DNA from: Atractiella rhizophila
Taxonomy: Eukaryota
DNA length: 64,000 nucleotides
NCBI GenBank assembly: GCA_021432655.1
Contig: MU271200.1
Span: 52,159-116,158 of the forward strand
Reading direction: 5' to 3'
Shown: one piece after another, positions 51,897-64,000 of the stretch
Numbering within the stretch: position 1 is the stretch's first letter
Layout: each line of letters opens with the position of its first letter
Translations under genes and position numbers: made by a program
Notes under the pieces: generated by a model
Databases searched by the model: none
Told to the model about the DNA's origin: nothing
What the model saw: only the letters and a program-made list of their open reading frames with translations

Positions 51897-52740
51897 ATGG
51901 ATAAGATGGGCGACCACACGAAACTACAGTTTTCTGCAGGCGTCCAACTTGAAGATTGCGATTTGATTCTCGTATCAAAAGATGACACGGCATTTCGAAC
52001 TAAAAGATCACGTCTTCGGCCGCACAGGTCGGTCTTCGCCAATATGTTGCAGTTCCAAACGTCAGCAGTCCAGCATCATCTGTTGGAACCTCTGTTGGCT
52101 GACTGGGAGAATGCCAAGTCCTCACTTTGATCCTGGATATCTTCCGTGCCAGGGAGGATGACCGCAGTTGGGGGAAAGAGCTATCTGTGGGCACGCTTTT
52201 GTATCCACTGCAAGTAATGGATAAATAGTAGCTTCATTTCGTCTTGGCCAATTGTAGAATGGATATCATTCTAGCCAGAGATCTGTAACCTGTTTGACGA
52301 TAGTCGCAGGTGTCGCTCGAATACAAATATTTCGGCGAGGATGCCGTTCACCTTTATCTTGCTTTCCATGCCCTCAACGACAACGAAGGGATCGAATTTC
52401 GTTCAAGGTTGGCCTCAGGCACTCTACAACCTGAGTATCGTCTCCGGTCGTATGATTATGAGCAGGAAACCTTCTCTGCAACTTGCCCATGAACAAGCTG
52501 GTCCGTACTTCTTTTGCTTCGTTCTTCCGCCCTGGTAAACACTCATCAGTGACATTGCTTTGCTAATAGTGGACTGCCTTGCTTTTATGAGCGTCACTTT
52601 CAAATGACTCTATCGATCTGGCACCAACGTGTTTATCAGAGTTCTCAACTTTGTGCTCAATGGGGTGGATGAAGGTACCCCAAAGATTCAGACACCAGGG
52701 CCATCAAAAACACGGACTAAATATCGCTGATATGAACTAA
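51897..52740 (+). pseudogene. BTB/POZ-domain pseudogene
   Basis: DCDLILVSKD...SVFANML, then a frameshift near 52114 before QVLTLIL and an in-frame TAG at 52226-52228 (DK* where the paralogue has DKY). End approximate. Confidence 0.7.
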
Positions 52741-53161
52741 CATGAATGGTTGGATGCTTACCTAGCGTTACTCTCCTAACCAATTTGACAGAACCGTTGG
52801 AACAATAGACTTCGGAATAATAATAGTGAGGATACAACTGAGGTGAAACGCGCATTGACGTACAACACGAACAGTGTTACCTTGCAATTGAAACGTTGAA
52901 GCACCACGATCACATCAGGCCATCCAGACGCTCTTTTTTCACTCTTTTCTTGCTTAGGCTCTCTCAGGCGCTAGGTCGCGATAAGGCTTAGTTAGCTGGC
53001 AGTAAAAGAGCAGAAGGGGGAGCATGCATTGATTGCATCCCTATCCGTCTCGACTTTTCCGAAGTTGCTGGATTTTTCATATTCTCATTACCAAGTGTAA
53101 TCTTTACGAAGCACTTTGGTGCAGGACACTACGCTCTTTCAATCCCTCGCTATATACTCAG

Positions 53162-56100
53162 ATGTTCCTCCTCCTCGGCCTCTTCGCCTTCCTCTTCCTT
53201 CACGCCGTGGCCCAGGCAACAGGCGCGAACCTCCTCCGAAATGGTGACTTTGAGTCTCCCCTCTCTGACACGGACTACGCTCCCTGGCGTTGTTTATACG
53301 ACAATGGCGTTGGGTTACCCAAGGGGAATTCTTCATGTTGCGGTACTTCTTCCTTCCTCCACGTTTAGCGGCATTGATATTTTTGGTGGATGAGCAGGGG
53401 TGGACACAGCTGGCCAATTCACTTTCCCAGCAACAGGGGAGTCCAACCTCTTCTTTTTCCAAGACTGTCAAATCGATCAGAATGCCACGCTCGTCTCTGG
53501 CAAGTCCTACCGACTCAAGTTCTTCGCCTACTGCGTCGACTGCCCCTCTCCCTCTTCCCCGAACCTCCAGATAACAGCCGGGGGAGTATCGATGTCTAAT
53601 TCTGTCCCAAATGGCACAGCACAATCCGGCCCGTACGTCCAGTTCACGCATGCCTTCGAGGCCAAGAACGCGAATACCCTCAGGTTGAGTTGGAGGGGAA
53701 GTGGCGCGTTGAGAATAGACGATGTGGAGATGAGGGAGCTGAATGGGACGCCGGATGGAGGTTTGGAGGATGGGAGTTCCGCCACTGATGTTGCGACCCA
53801 AGATGGGACGAAGAATGGGACGGATTCTGCGGGAGGAAACTTGCTCATCAATGGTGACTTCGAGCAATCGACCACTTTAGCACCGTGGACTTGCTCTAGC
53901 TTGGATCCCACAACGGGACAAGCGAGCGCGGCCAGTTGTTGCGGTCAGCCTTCCTTCCTCTGCCCGTACGCTGACCAAATCGCTTACGTCTGCCTTGCCG
54001 ATAGGTGTGGACCAACCGTCTGGAGGTAAGTCTGACTCTGATTTTGCAAGAGGATATTAAAGTGTGTGTGACAGATACGTTCGCCGCGTCTGGAAACGGA
54101 AACGCATTCGCCTTCCAAAACTGTTTTATCAACCAATCCCTCGCTCTAAATCCAGGAGAAACTTAGTGCGCCAGACTGCCGTTCGCCCTTTTCTCTCTTA
54201 TGCTGAGGGTATTTATGGATAGCACCCTCTCGTATTCCGCCTACGTGGCAAATGGAGACAACTCTGCCGGAAACTTGGCTGTTGCCCTCGGTGGTGAGCA
54301 GATCAAGGTGGACGTGGCGAGCGGTTCTCCTAGCACTGGTTTGTCCTTCCCCTCAATTCATCTCTGAGGCCGAACACCTATACTTGGATGGCATAGGACC
54401 TTACTCCCAATTCCAACACACCTTCACGGCCGTTGATTCTTCTCCAGTCCAGTTCCTTTTCACATCCGCCGTCGGCGCCTTGCGGCTAGACAACATCGTC
54501 CTAGTCTCTGGTTCCTCGACAGGGAGCACCAACGCCTCCTCTCCTTCCAATACCAGCAACACGACGGCTATTCCCAACACTTCCACCTCAGTCATCATTC
54601 CCGAAGGCACCAACCTCCTCGTCAACTCAGACTTCGAAGACGGCGCACGCCTCCCTCCTTGGACATGTTCCTTCGCTGGTTCTCCAAACAGCACCGGGTG
54701 TGGCATAGATCAGAAGGGCCAGGATACGTTCCCTAACCAAGGAGAGAGGAACGCGTTTATGTTCCCGAATTGCTCCATCTCCCAAGTCGTTAATTTGACA
54801 CTAGGTGTCAAGTATGTCGTAGCTTTTGAGGCTTATTGCTTGGATTGCACAAATGCTGCACTGGGAGAGAAGAATGGTTTAACCATAAAGTTTGGAGGAG
54901 AAGAGGCGACGGATGAGATTGCTCAGGGAAGTCCGACTTCTGGCGAGTCTTTCATATCTGTAGAATGGGATGGCAGGAACTGACCTTAATACTCAACCTG
55001 AATAGGACCCTACAGCCAGTACTACCACGAAATCACGCCGAAATCAAACGACCCTCTCGAGTTTCTCTACACTGGTACCGGTGCTTTCAGGATCGACGAC
55101 GTGAAGCTGCTCGTCGCCCCCGGTCCAACAGCGAACATTGGGCCGAACAACGGGACATCGACTGGAGGTGGAGGGACGAATAACACCACAACCACAGACG
55201 GAAGCTCGACGCAGGTTGACGGCCGCATAGGCACTGACTTCCTCTCCAATGGTGACTTCGAGGACGGTGGGACGCTTGTACCCTGGAAGTGTGTGGATAT
55301 GGCTACTGGCGCGACTTCCACGTCTTGTGGTGTGGATTTGAGGGATGGATCGACCACGTTCCCCGACAGTGGAGACAGGAATGCATTCATGACCCAAGGC
55401 AGCAGCTTAACGCAGACCGTACAGATTGGCACGGCTGGGAACTACTTTGTCACTTTCGCGGCTTATTGCGTACTCTTTTTGTCGCTCAAGAGTGATGGAG
55501 GGACTGATGTGAGATGTGCGCAAAGGTCGACTGCGATGATCTCCAAGGAGCGAATGTACAGGTCAATTTTGGCAATGACGCAAGCTTCCAGCAGTTTGTC
55601 GACTCTGGTTTCGTTAACTCTGGCACGTCCTTATATCATTCCTTCTGTTAAGACTGACATTAATTTGTTGGTTTGCGATAGGGCCCTACGGCCACTTCTC
55701 TAAATCTGTCAATCTCACGACGATTGGACCGATGGATATCAGTTTTGGCATGGTGGACCGTTAGTCTTTCTTCCCTCATGCAGAATCAAGATTGACGAGT
55801 ATGTTACGGCCAACAGATGGCTTTCTCCGGATAGACAGCATTAAAGTCACTCTGCTGGAAATTCTCGACTCCTCTCTCATCACCTCAAATTCACAAATCC
55901 TGCTTGATGCAGACTTCGAAACCTCTCCTACGCTAGCGCCATCATGGCAGTGCCTTCGGGACAGTGGCAACGGCAATCAATGTTGTGGAACGGACACGGC
56001 AGGTGATCAAACTTTCCCCATTGGGACGAGAAACGCGTTTATTTTCCAAGGTTGCGCCATTCAGCAGAGTGTGAACATCGAACCGGGGATGTACCTCCTC

Positions 56101-56519
56101 TCCTTTTCGGCCTATTGCTTTGACTGTACTCCGGCAAAAGGAAACCTAGTTGTGGAATTAGGGGGAGCAACTTTTGAGGACCAAGCGACAAAAGGGACGA
56201 TACAGGCTGGTTCGTCCTCATTCGTCTCTCTTTGGCGAGGACGTGCTGACAGGCTAGGATGGTAGGACCGTATTCATCCTATACACACTTCGTAAATGTG
56301 ACGACAGACGATCCATTGAAGATATCGTGGACGAAAGAAGGAGGAGTGAGAGTGGACAGCTTCAACCTCGTCTCTATGGCCACCAATCCATCGGGAACAA
56401 ACCAATTCTCGCCCGCCAATCCTCAGGAGACAGGATCATTGACCGCTGGAGCATCAAAAACTTTGCAGTGGAACGGAGGATTGGGTTTAGTGCTGCTCGC
56501 GACGTTTTGGATTTTTTAA
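53162..56519 (+). CDS. Secreted, predicted GPI-anchored protein with five tandem Cys-containing CBM4/9-like beta-sandwich repeats
   Basis: Signal peptide MFLLLGLFAFLFLHAVAQA. NLLxNGDFE-type repeat starts at 53228, 53838, 54612, 55236 and 55894, with Ser/Thr/Gly linkers and a hydrophobic C-terminal tail. Confidence 0.75.
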
Positions 56520-56631
56520 AACCGTACAGCACTATCGAAACTTCGATGTTTTCAGTTGTATTCTACTCGTTGTCTTACTTTATACTGGAGTTGTTAGATG
56601 TTGGAATTATCGCAGTTTCACTTTGAGTAGG

Positions 56632-57644
56632 TCAAGTAAGATCCATTGCATCCAATCTCCTTTTTGACACCTCCATGCACTTTGTCAGCACTTCTTCCCC
56701 CGCCTTTCCACTCTGAAAAACATGTCTCAGTCGTTTTCTCCCCTTCTTATCAACAGAATACACGACGTTTAGGGTGGTAGGACAAAGCTGAGCTTCGAAG
56801 TCGGTTGGGTCTGAAAGCAGTGTCGGAGGGATCGGAGGATTGGAGGAAGTGTCGGAAAAGACGGAAAATGTCGAGGAGGAAAGGTTGGAGATTGTGAGAT
56901 CGATCAGTGTAGGAGGCGCGGAAGGATCGTGTGCTGCTGAGAGTGTGTCTTGGTCGTAGATAGCCTTAGGCAGCCTCACTGACTTCGCATCAGCCTTGCA
57001 TGGTTGTAAATGAGGAATACGGCGCACAGGTCCTAAGGGACGACCAAACGCTCTCTACTATCGCGTCCCATACGTTTCCATCGTAGTTTATGCATAGAAC
57101 GTCGATATAGAGGACCCAACAAAGCTTCCCTTTCTCAATGACTAAGGACTCTAGTGGCACGATTGGTGGTCTGCAATCGATTAGAATTGTGGAGGATGAA
57201 AAACGCGGTCACTGACGATAAGAGCAATGTCTTCAGACGATGGGAAAGAATTTGAGCTTCCTCAGAAGGCGGACCTGGCCTAAATCTGCTGGAAGACATG
57301 GCAGGCAAATCGACATTTGGCACTGCAATCGAAATAAACATTAAGACTACTCTGCTTCGAGGCAACCTCAGAGCAGCATACCTATCCAGCCCACGTTCTC
57401 CCTACCAATTTCGCTCTCCCACTTCTGCCGTCACGCCACACAGAACAGTGGTATCACCCTTTCGAACAAGACATGATGATTTGGCTGTCGTGATGGAATT
57501 GTTGTTGGTAGAGCATTCTCGGAACTCTTCAAAAGTCCTCCCGTCAGGCCGTACGCCTGAGCGCACAAAATATGAAAGATAACGTCGTGGGTCCAACCGT
57601 TTGAGGGTGGAAGCGGCAAGGGAGGCTTCTACTTCAGCATCCAT
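56632..57644 (-). CDS. RRP43: Exosome RNase PH-like subunit Rrp43
   Basis: LKRLDPRRYL...GVRPDGR, SSCLVRKGDTTVLCGVTAE, VPNVDLPAMSSSRFRPGPPSEEAQ and YIDVLCINYDG. Confidence 0.88.
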
Positions 57645-58800
57645 TGTAATAGTGCTCCTCAGGCAAGTTGGTGAAAATCTGAAAACCCTGGCGAAAACCC
57701 AGTGAAAACCTAACTGGCCACAAGGTAACCGTACGTGTGGTTTCTTACCCCGTCAATGTATTGCTCCTTTTTCACTTTCCTTCTCTATCTAGCCCTGAGG
57801 CCTGAGCTGGTTTCACCGAGCCCTCTTCCCTACGCGTCGTTGGAGTAGTCCGAGGACTTGAAGGCTCTCGCATTACGTAGTACATCCTCTTTTCTCTCCT
57901 CAATCGAGTATGAACACTTTTTCTGGAATGACGGGAAGGGAAACGGGAAGTGGAAAAGGGTTTCATAAACAAAACAAGTTGTCTGGAAGTATAAAAGATC
58001 CATGACTTACTTTCCCTCAAACGCACTGGCACTCTAGTCTTCTTCAGTTCTCTCCCCCCACCATAAGGGAGATCGAGAAAATCATTGCAAGCGTTCTCGT
58101 TGTCACTTCCATTGCCTCCAGTTGTCCCCTTCTGAGGTGGTGTCGCCTCCCTGCAGATTTTCTATGTCCTCCTTTTCTGGGCGTTCCTTCTCCGCTCTCA
58201 AACGTCTTTCCAACTCGCACTGTGCATCTCTGCTCTGTTAACAATGCCTGCAAATCTGCGCAATTTAGTCTTCTCCCTCTGTAGCTCACCCCTCTTCATG
58301 CGACCGTGCGAAAAGCGCCAAGGATCATGACAGGGCGACCATTTTATCTCACGGTAGCCGTCCGCCGTCTCATTATATGTCTATCTGCAGGAGTTGCACG
58401 CGGTGTAGTGATGCTGGCGCTCTACCGCACGGCTCATTTGCCCTTGATCGGTCACTACTTTGTCCCCAAAGTGTTGAGAAAGGTGTCTCTGGAGCATTCA
58501 ATGAGTGCAATGATTCTTTGATAGAAGGTCTGACGGCAACTCCACCGTGGTCAAGACTCTGGCCATAGCTTTCAACTCGGATGGCATGAAGTACCACTGA
58601 AGCTGTATGGTGAATGAAGGGACCCATCATAGAGGAGGCAAGAGATCAAGAGATAAAAGTAAGAGCTTCAACGTCATAATATCGCGTCGATGTGGTAGAA
58701 AGAAAAGTTGGTTGTGTCGCTCGCGTCGCGTCGTCCCCGCCGTTTCCGCAACTTGCTTATAAGCCATTGAGCGGGCCAGACACTTCGCTGCATAGTCACA

Positions 58801-59633
58801 ATGTCAAAAGATCTCCAATTTTCACCTGAGTTTCCGAACCTCGATGACACAGATCTCATCCTCATTTCGAAAGACGAAGTGGCCTTTGGCATCCAGAAAT
58901 GCATACTTCAAGTGCACTCATCCGTCTTCTTTGGAATGGTGAAGATGCCAACAAACAATAACGAGACTCCTACAGTCAAGCTGGAGGAGACTAGTCAGGT
59001 CCTCACTTGCCTTCTGGAGGTATGTTATGGCAAAGACAACTTTCTCTTGAGAGGAGATTCTGCATCGATCGACTTGATTTTGGACCTTCTTGTGCTTTCC
59101 GATAAATACGATGTGCACCTCCTTCTAGGCGTTTGTCGACAATATGTTCGGTTTGTTGCTCCTGATTGATTACGAAAACTAATACTGGTCTAGATCACGA
59201 TTGGCCGATAACAACTTGTGGGACGAAGCCGTCCTGTTTCATCTTGGCTTCTACCATGTTAACGACCGTCTGGGCATGAAGATAACCTATGAAGTATTCA
59301 TGAAGAACGTCCCCATGAATCACTCGTTTGAGTTGGACGATTATAAACAAGCGAGATTGTTTAAAAGGGCAGCTTTGTTAGAATTGGTGAGCTCATATGG
59401 CAGGATTTCTGTCGCATCTGATGACATGGATAATGGTTCAGAGCAACGGATTTTATAAACGTTTCTATTTGGCGACGAAAGTAGCTCGACAGTTCGGTCT
59501 GGAGACAAGCACCGATAGAATGTACGACGGTACTTGGTCCCAGCACATCCAATCATGGGAGAAGGTATACCCTTGGTACACTGACAGCATCAGAAGTTTC
59601 TCCGACATTGATACAACTGCCTTCACCAAGTGA
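58801..59633 (+). CDS. BTB/POZ-domain protein
   Basis: DTDLILISKDEVAFGIQKCILQVHSSVFFGM...LEETSQVLTCLL...SDKYDV. Two introns. Confidence 0.8.
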
Positions 59634-60149
59634 ACCGCGACAGCGGTCAGGCATCTTAAATATTGTTACGTAAACAAGATTTTGGCAATGAAAACATGAC
59701 CATGAAGCATTGAGAGGAACATTTGGGAACATAACATTTCATTGCCGGCTCGTAATACGTGCTATTCTGCTTCTCAGGCTAGTTCAGCGCGAAGACAAAG
59801 TAAGTCATGTCAAACGAGATAAAGCGACTTCAACATCATCTTGTGTTTCACTCAAAGGTCTGGTCAACTGCTGATCTTGAACCAGAGGCCCCATCCGGCT
59901 CAGACCCTTCAGCACTTCAGGCTCATGGAAGAAGACAGATCTCCCACGCCTCTGCCAACTAAACTAGATATCACCCTGTCTCACTCAACTCTTCAACTCC
60001 TCCTGCATCTGCATCCGCATCCGTGCTTGTTGCTCGTCAGGTGACTGTATGTGCAGTTCCTTCTGTGTCCGGTACACGTCCATTTCTTCCACGACCTCAA
60101 CTCACCCTCAGCCCCTTCGCCTATCCATCCATCCCACTCAAACTAACAC

Positions 60150-61285
60150 ATGGCCGACCAATTCCCTGCCCTCGACGACGACTTCGGTTCTTTCGGTTCC
60201 AGCGCGCCAGCAGGCGGTTCTTTTCTCGAGCGAGAGCTAGCACTCCTAGGCGAGGACGCAGCGGCCTTCGGGAACGCCGGGACAGGGGACATCGACTTCG
60301 AGAAGGCAGCGTCTGCATTTCCTGATCTTGACGGCGTTGGAGGCGGAGCGGGGAGCCAGTTTCCAGACTTGAATTTGGGGTCTAATCCTCCCGCGAGCTC
60401 TGCGACGAACGACCTGTTTGGGTCCCCGCCGAGGAATAACGCTTTGTTGAATGGCGGGTCGAATGGAATCGGTGGTCCTGCGTTTGTGGACAATAAGGAT
60501 GATATTGCGGCTTTCGAGAGCGAGTATCCTTCCATTGAGGCTCCCATTCAGGTTGGCATTTTCCTAGTTTGGTAGAAAGGGTATTGAGGGTCATTTCGAA
60601 CGGAATGCAGAATGGATTCTCTTCCGCCATGCCAGTCACGCCTTCCATCTTCAACCAAGCGACTCCCTTCGCAGGTGGCGACAACATCGGCCCAATTGAG
60701 GTGGAGGAAGAAAGTGAGGCCATCCGGTCCGTCCTTCTCACTTTTCCATCTTCTGTAGATCATGCTCAATGCCCGGATGATGACTGTTAGGGAATGGAGA
60801 GTGCGTCAGTCGAAGGAAATAGCGGCGAGGGACGAAGCGTCAGCGGCGAAGAAGGAGGAAGTGATTGCGAAGGCAGAGAAGGCCATCGACGACTTTTACA
60901 GGGAGTACAATGTGAAGAAGGAGCGGAACATTGCCCAAAACAAGTTCGTCCTTCCTCTCCCCTTCTCCTCTCAACCTCAACCCGGAATGTCATGCTGAGG
61001 TGTGAAACAAAACAGAAAGGAGGAGGAAGAGTTTCTCGCGGCGCGCACCGACGCTCTCGCTCAAGGGACGACTTGGCAGAGGATTGCGGACTTGATTGAG
61101 CTGTCGGATTCGAGGAGTAAGACTAATACGAGGAGCACGAAGGATTTGGGGAGGATGAAGGAAATCATTCTGAGCTTGAAGAGGGAGGGTGAGAGCGCGC
61201 CTGGTGCTAGTGGTACGTCTTACATTTCATTTCTTTTGAAGAGATGTTGGCATGCTGAGGTTTCGCGAACGGTTCAGGTTATTAG
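60150..61285 (+). CDS. CLC1: Clathrin light chain
   Basis: MADQFPAL...FLERE...LG.DA, EEESEAIR|EWR, AIDDFYREYN, GTTWQRIADLI and LSLKREGESAPGASG|Y*. Confidence 0.92.
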
Positions 61286-61416
61286 ACGGCTTTAATGTAC
61301 TCCTGAGCACAGTGGGGAGGTGTCTGTCCTTACTACTAAAACGTCGAGCTCTGTCTCGCTTTGTGAATGGAGATCATGTTTCATTTCACCTCTGCCACCT
61401 CCCTTCCCCATTTATC

Positions 61417-63919
61417 CTATTTTCGCTTTCCCTTCTTCAATCTACTCCTCCAACCATCTATTTCATCCAAGCTCTCACGCATCACCCCTTTCTGTTTGAG
61501 CTCCTCAATATACTTCTTATTCACCTTCCTCACAACAGCCAATCCCTTCTTCTTCACCCTCAACCTCGCAAAATGAGCTCCCTTCTGCCCTCCAAACTGT
61601 GCAGGCACTTGCAACCCCGCCTCCTCTATATCCCTCCAGAGTTCCTTCACACAGTACCTCTGCCACCCATACCGTTGTGGATCTCCCATCCAGCTCTTGT
61701 GCGAAAATATGTACACCAAAGGCTCGAAAAACCGATGGTCAAAGTTACCAGCCACGCCTGCCTTTTTCAATTCACAATACAGGGTCCACACCTTCTTCTT
61801 GAAGAGGAAGGGAGCAATACGGTTACTTTTGAGCAGCGGTCTTCGACGAAGAGTGTTGGCTACGGATTGGAAGAAGGCGGTCCAGGCTTCGACTGGAGCC
61901 TTGAATCCGGACCGTTTCGTTTCCCTTCGCATCTCATACATCACTCGCCAGACCCCATCTTTGTTGCCTAGTCTCGCGTGAGCTTTCATCACCGTCGCCC
62001 ACAGAAGCGGCTTTTCTTTCCACGTCGTACTCGACAGTGTACGGAGGGACCAAGGAGCGTACAACTTGCTTTTAGGGCCGTGCTGAGTGGCCCAGAAGCG
62101 GTTGATGTCCTTGAAAGCGCGTGGGAGGACGAGACGGAGGATGTGTTGGAGACGGAGGGTGCGAGGGAGGGAGTGGGTGTGCGTCTTGGAGAGGTAGGTG
62201 ATGGTCGTGCTGAGGGTGTGGTGTGAGATGACGAACTGGTCCGGAGGGAGGACGGAGGTCAGTCCTTGAAGGGAAGGGTTATGTAGGTTCGGACGGAGGC
62301 GGAAGAAGTAGACCGCGAGCAGGTCGTTGGCTGCTTGGTTTTCGCGCAGGTGAGCGAAGGCGGAGAGGAGGAGGTTGATCGTCCGCCAGTGGAGTGGGAA
62401 GAGCGGAGAGGAGGGAGAGGTTGTGGTGGGTGTCGGGGAGGAAGAGACGAAAGGGGAGGGGGAGAGGAAGAGGGTTTGGAGCAGGAGGTAGGCGAGCTCG
62501 ATGGAGCGAAGGCGACGGAGGACGAAGAAGAGAAGGTCATGCCAATTCTGAGCAGTGAGATGGAGATTGGAGGCCATATTCTCTGATGGCTGTGACGGAG
62601 ATGTCTGGCCATCTTCAGTTTCTTGTGGGAGGATAACCGCGCAACGGTAGCCCAAGGAGGGATGTCTTCCCTCCACGATGACCCTCCCCGTGACAGCCTG
62701 CAACCACCTAACAACCATCCAATCGGTCGCACACCATCCCTTCTTCCTCTGCAAACTCTTATTAACCCGACGCCTCCGCCCTCCGCCCTCCTCCTCCCCC
62801 GGCCCAACACCCCTTGGCAAATTGTGTTTCCGAAACCTCCAAAAATGTCTTACATCCCTCATCTCTCCCACCTGTACCAAGAACAACCAAAACTGGCTCC
62901 ACGGGAACCCTTTCGGCACATTTCCTCCATCGAGTATCATCGGAATGAGAGGGTGATTAGCGACGGCACCCGCAAAGGGATGGTGTGAGGAAGGTTTGGG
63001 GACGAAGAGTCGGGCGAAGGCAAGAACACCGGTGGGATGCCGAAGGAAGTGGAGGGGGAGGGACTCGTACCGGTAGGCGGTGAGAAGGGTGACGAACTCA
63101 TCGAGCAGGATTCTCGTGAGGGAGAGAGGTGGGGAGTCCATGGATCGGTAGCTGAGAAGGGTACGGAGGAAGGAGACGAGTCGTGGATCGGCTGGTGAAG
63201 TGGATGGGTTCGTGATTATGTCCGTGGTGGTTGGAGGGTTTGTTTCCTTCGACGATGTGGAAGTTTCTGCCCAGCGCTCCTGCACAAACGGAAACGTTCG
63301 TCAATTGTGTATTAATGGTCAAGGAACGAAAGAGTCAACGCACTGCTTCCTCCTCATGCTTCGCCTCCTCCACCTCTAACTTTTTCTCCTCTTCATCCCA
63401 TTCTCGCATGGTGAGCGTATTCTTTTCACTCGTGGAACCTGAAGCAATAGTTGCAGCAGCCGTATGAACTTTTCTCCTTGAAGTTGAAGTCGGTCGCAGG
63501 AAAGGTGAATATGAGGATGTCGTGGAAGGAGAAAACGATTTTGGGACCCAAACGACGCCAACTTCTTCTGTCGACCCGAAGGAAACGCGACCGTCCCACT
63601 CCTTCCTCATCCTTGAGTACACATTGGCCAATCCTCGCACTACGTTCCCCGCCCCTCTCCGCATCCCTTCACCATCCGCAACCTCTGTCGCTACCGCATC
63701 CAATCTCTGGTTTTTATGGCGCTCCTCATCTAAACTCGAAAAGGTGGAAGAGGTGGAGGAGAGCTGTGTCCTAAGAGCGGAATGGGTGAGGTGGGCGAAG
63801 ACGAACGGCGCGAGGAGGAGCAGGCCAAGTGCGTCGGTAGTTGGCAATGCGCTGGGGTCAGTGAAGAGTGCGCGTGTGCCTGTCGGATGGCGTGGGCGCT
63901 GGGAGAGTCGACGGATCAT
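61417..63919 (-). CDS. Probable mitochondrial helical-repeat (PPR-like) protein
   Basis: Arg-rich presequence-like start. Degenerate PPR-like motifs (INLLLSAFAHL, WATVMKAHARLG...MRR, WTAFF). Intron near 63281-63340. Confidence 0.55.
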
Positions 63920-64000
63920 CTAACTTTGCCATTTGAAATGGTTAAAATATTTCAAATGAAAAACAATGGCTTGATAAATGTAATGTGTAAATTTGAAATG

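Noticed and set aside
57682..57713. Three AAAACC(C/T) telo-box-like words upstream of RRP43
   Set aside because: None is a full AAACCCTA. Too degenerate to call.

Overview
Gene-dense, intron-rich fungal genomic DNA. The GT-AG introns are mostly about 50-60 nt and the gene content looks basidiomycete (taxon is an inference). About 25 protein-coding loci can be reconstructed across introns. Recognisable genes: a secreted CFEM protein, HSP90 (two near-identical tandem copies, neither intact), a PNRC/Edc1-motif protein, hamartin (TSC1), an alpha/beta-hydrolase-like protein, a multi-pass membrane protein, CHS5, a HIRIP3-like protein, LEU2, TIM50, an ABM-domain protein, CAS1 O-acetyltransferase, PUS7, HEL2/ZNF598, RRP43, clathrin light chain and a PPR-like protein. 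Expanded or repeat-built loci: three paralogous Zn-cluster-type regulators, three tandem glyoxalase/VOC genes (one frameshifted), two BTB genes (one a pseudogene) and a five-repeat predicted GPI-anchored surface protein. The most notable signal is non-coding: three oversized introns carry structured RNA. The PUS7 intron holds a canonical-looking box H/ACA snoRNA. Introns of the head-to-head CHS5 and HIRIP3-like genes hold large folded RNAs (about 380 and 670 nt) that I cannot assign to a known family. Exon boundaries were read by eye and some are approximate.
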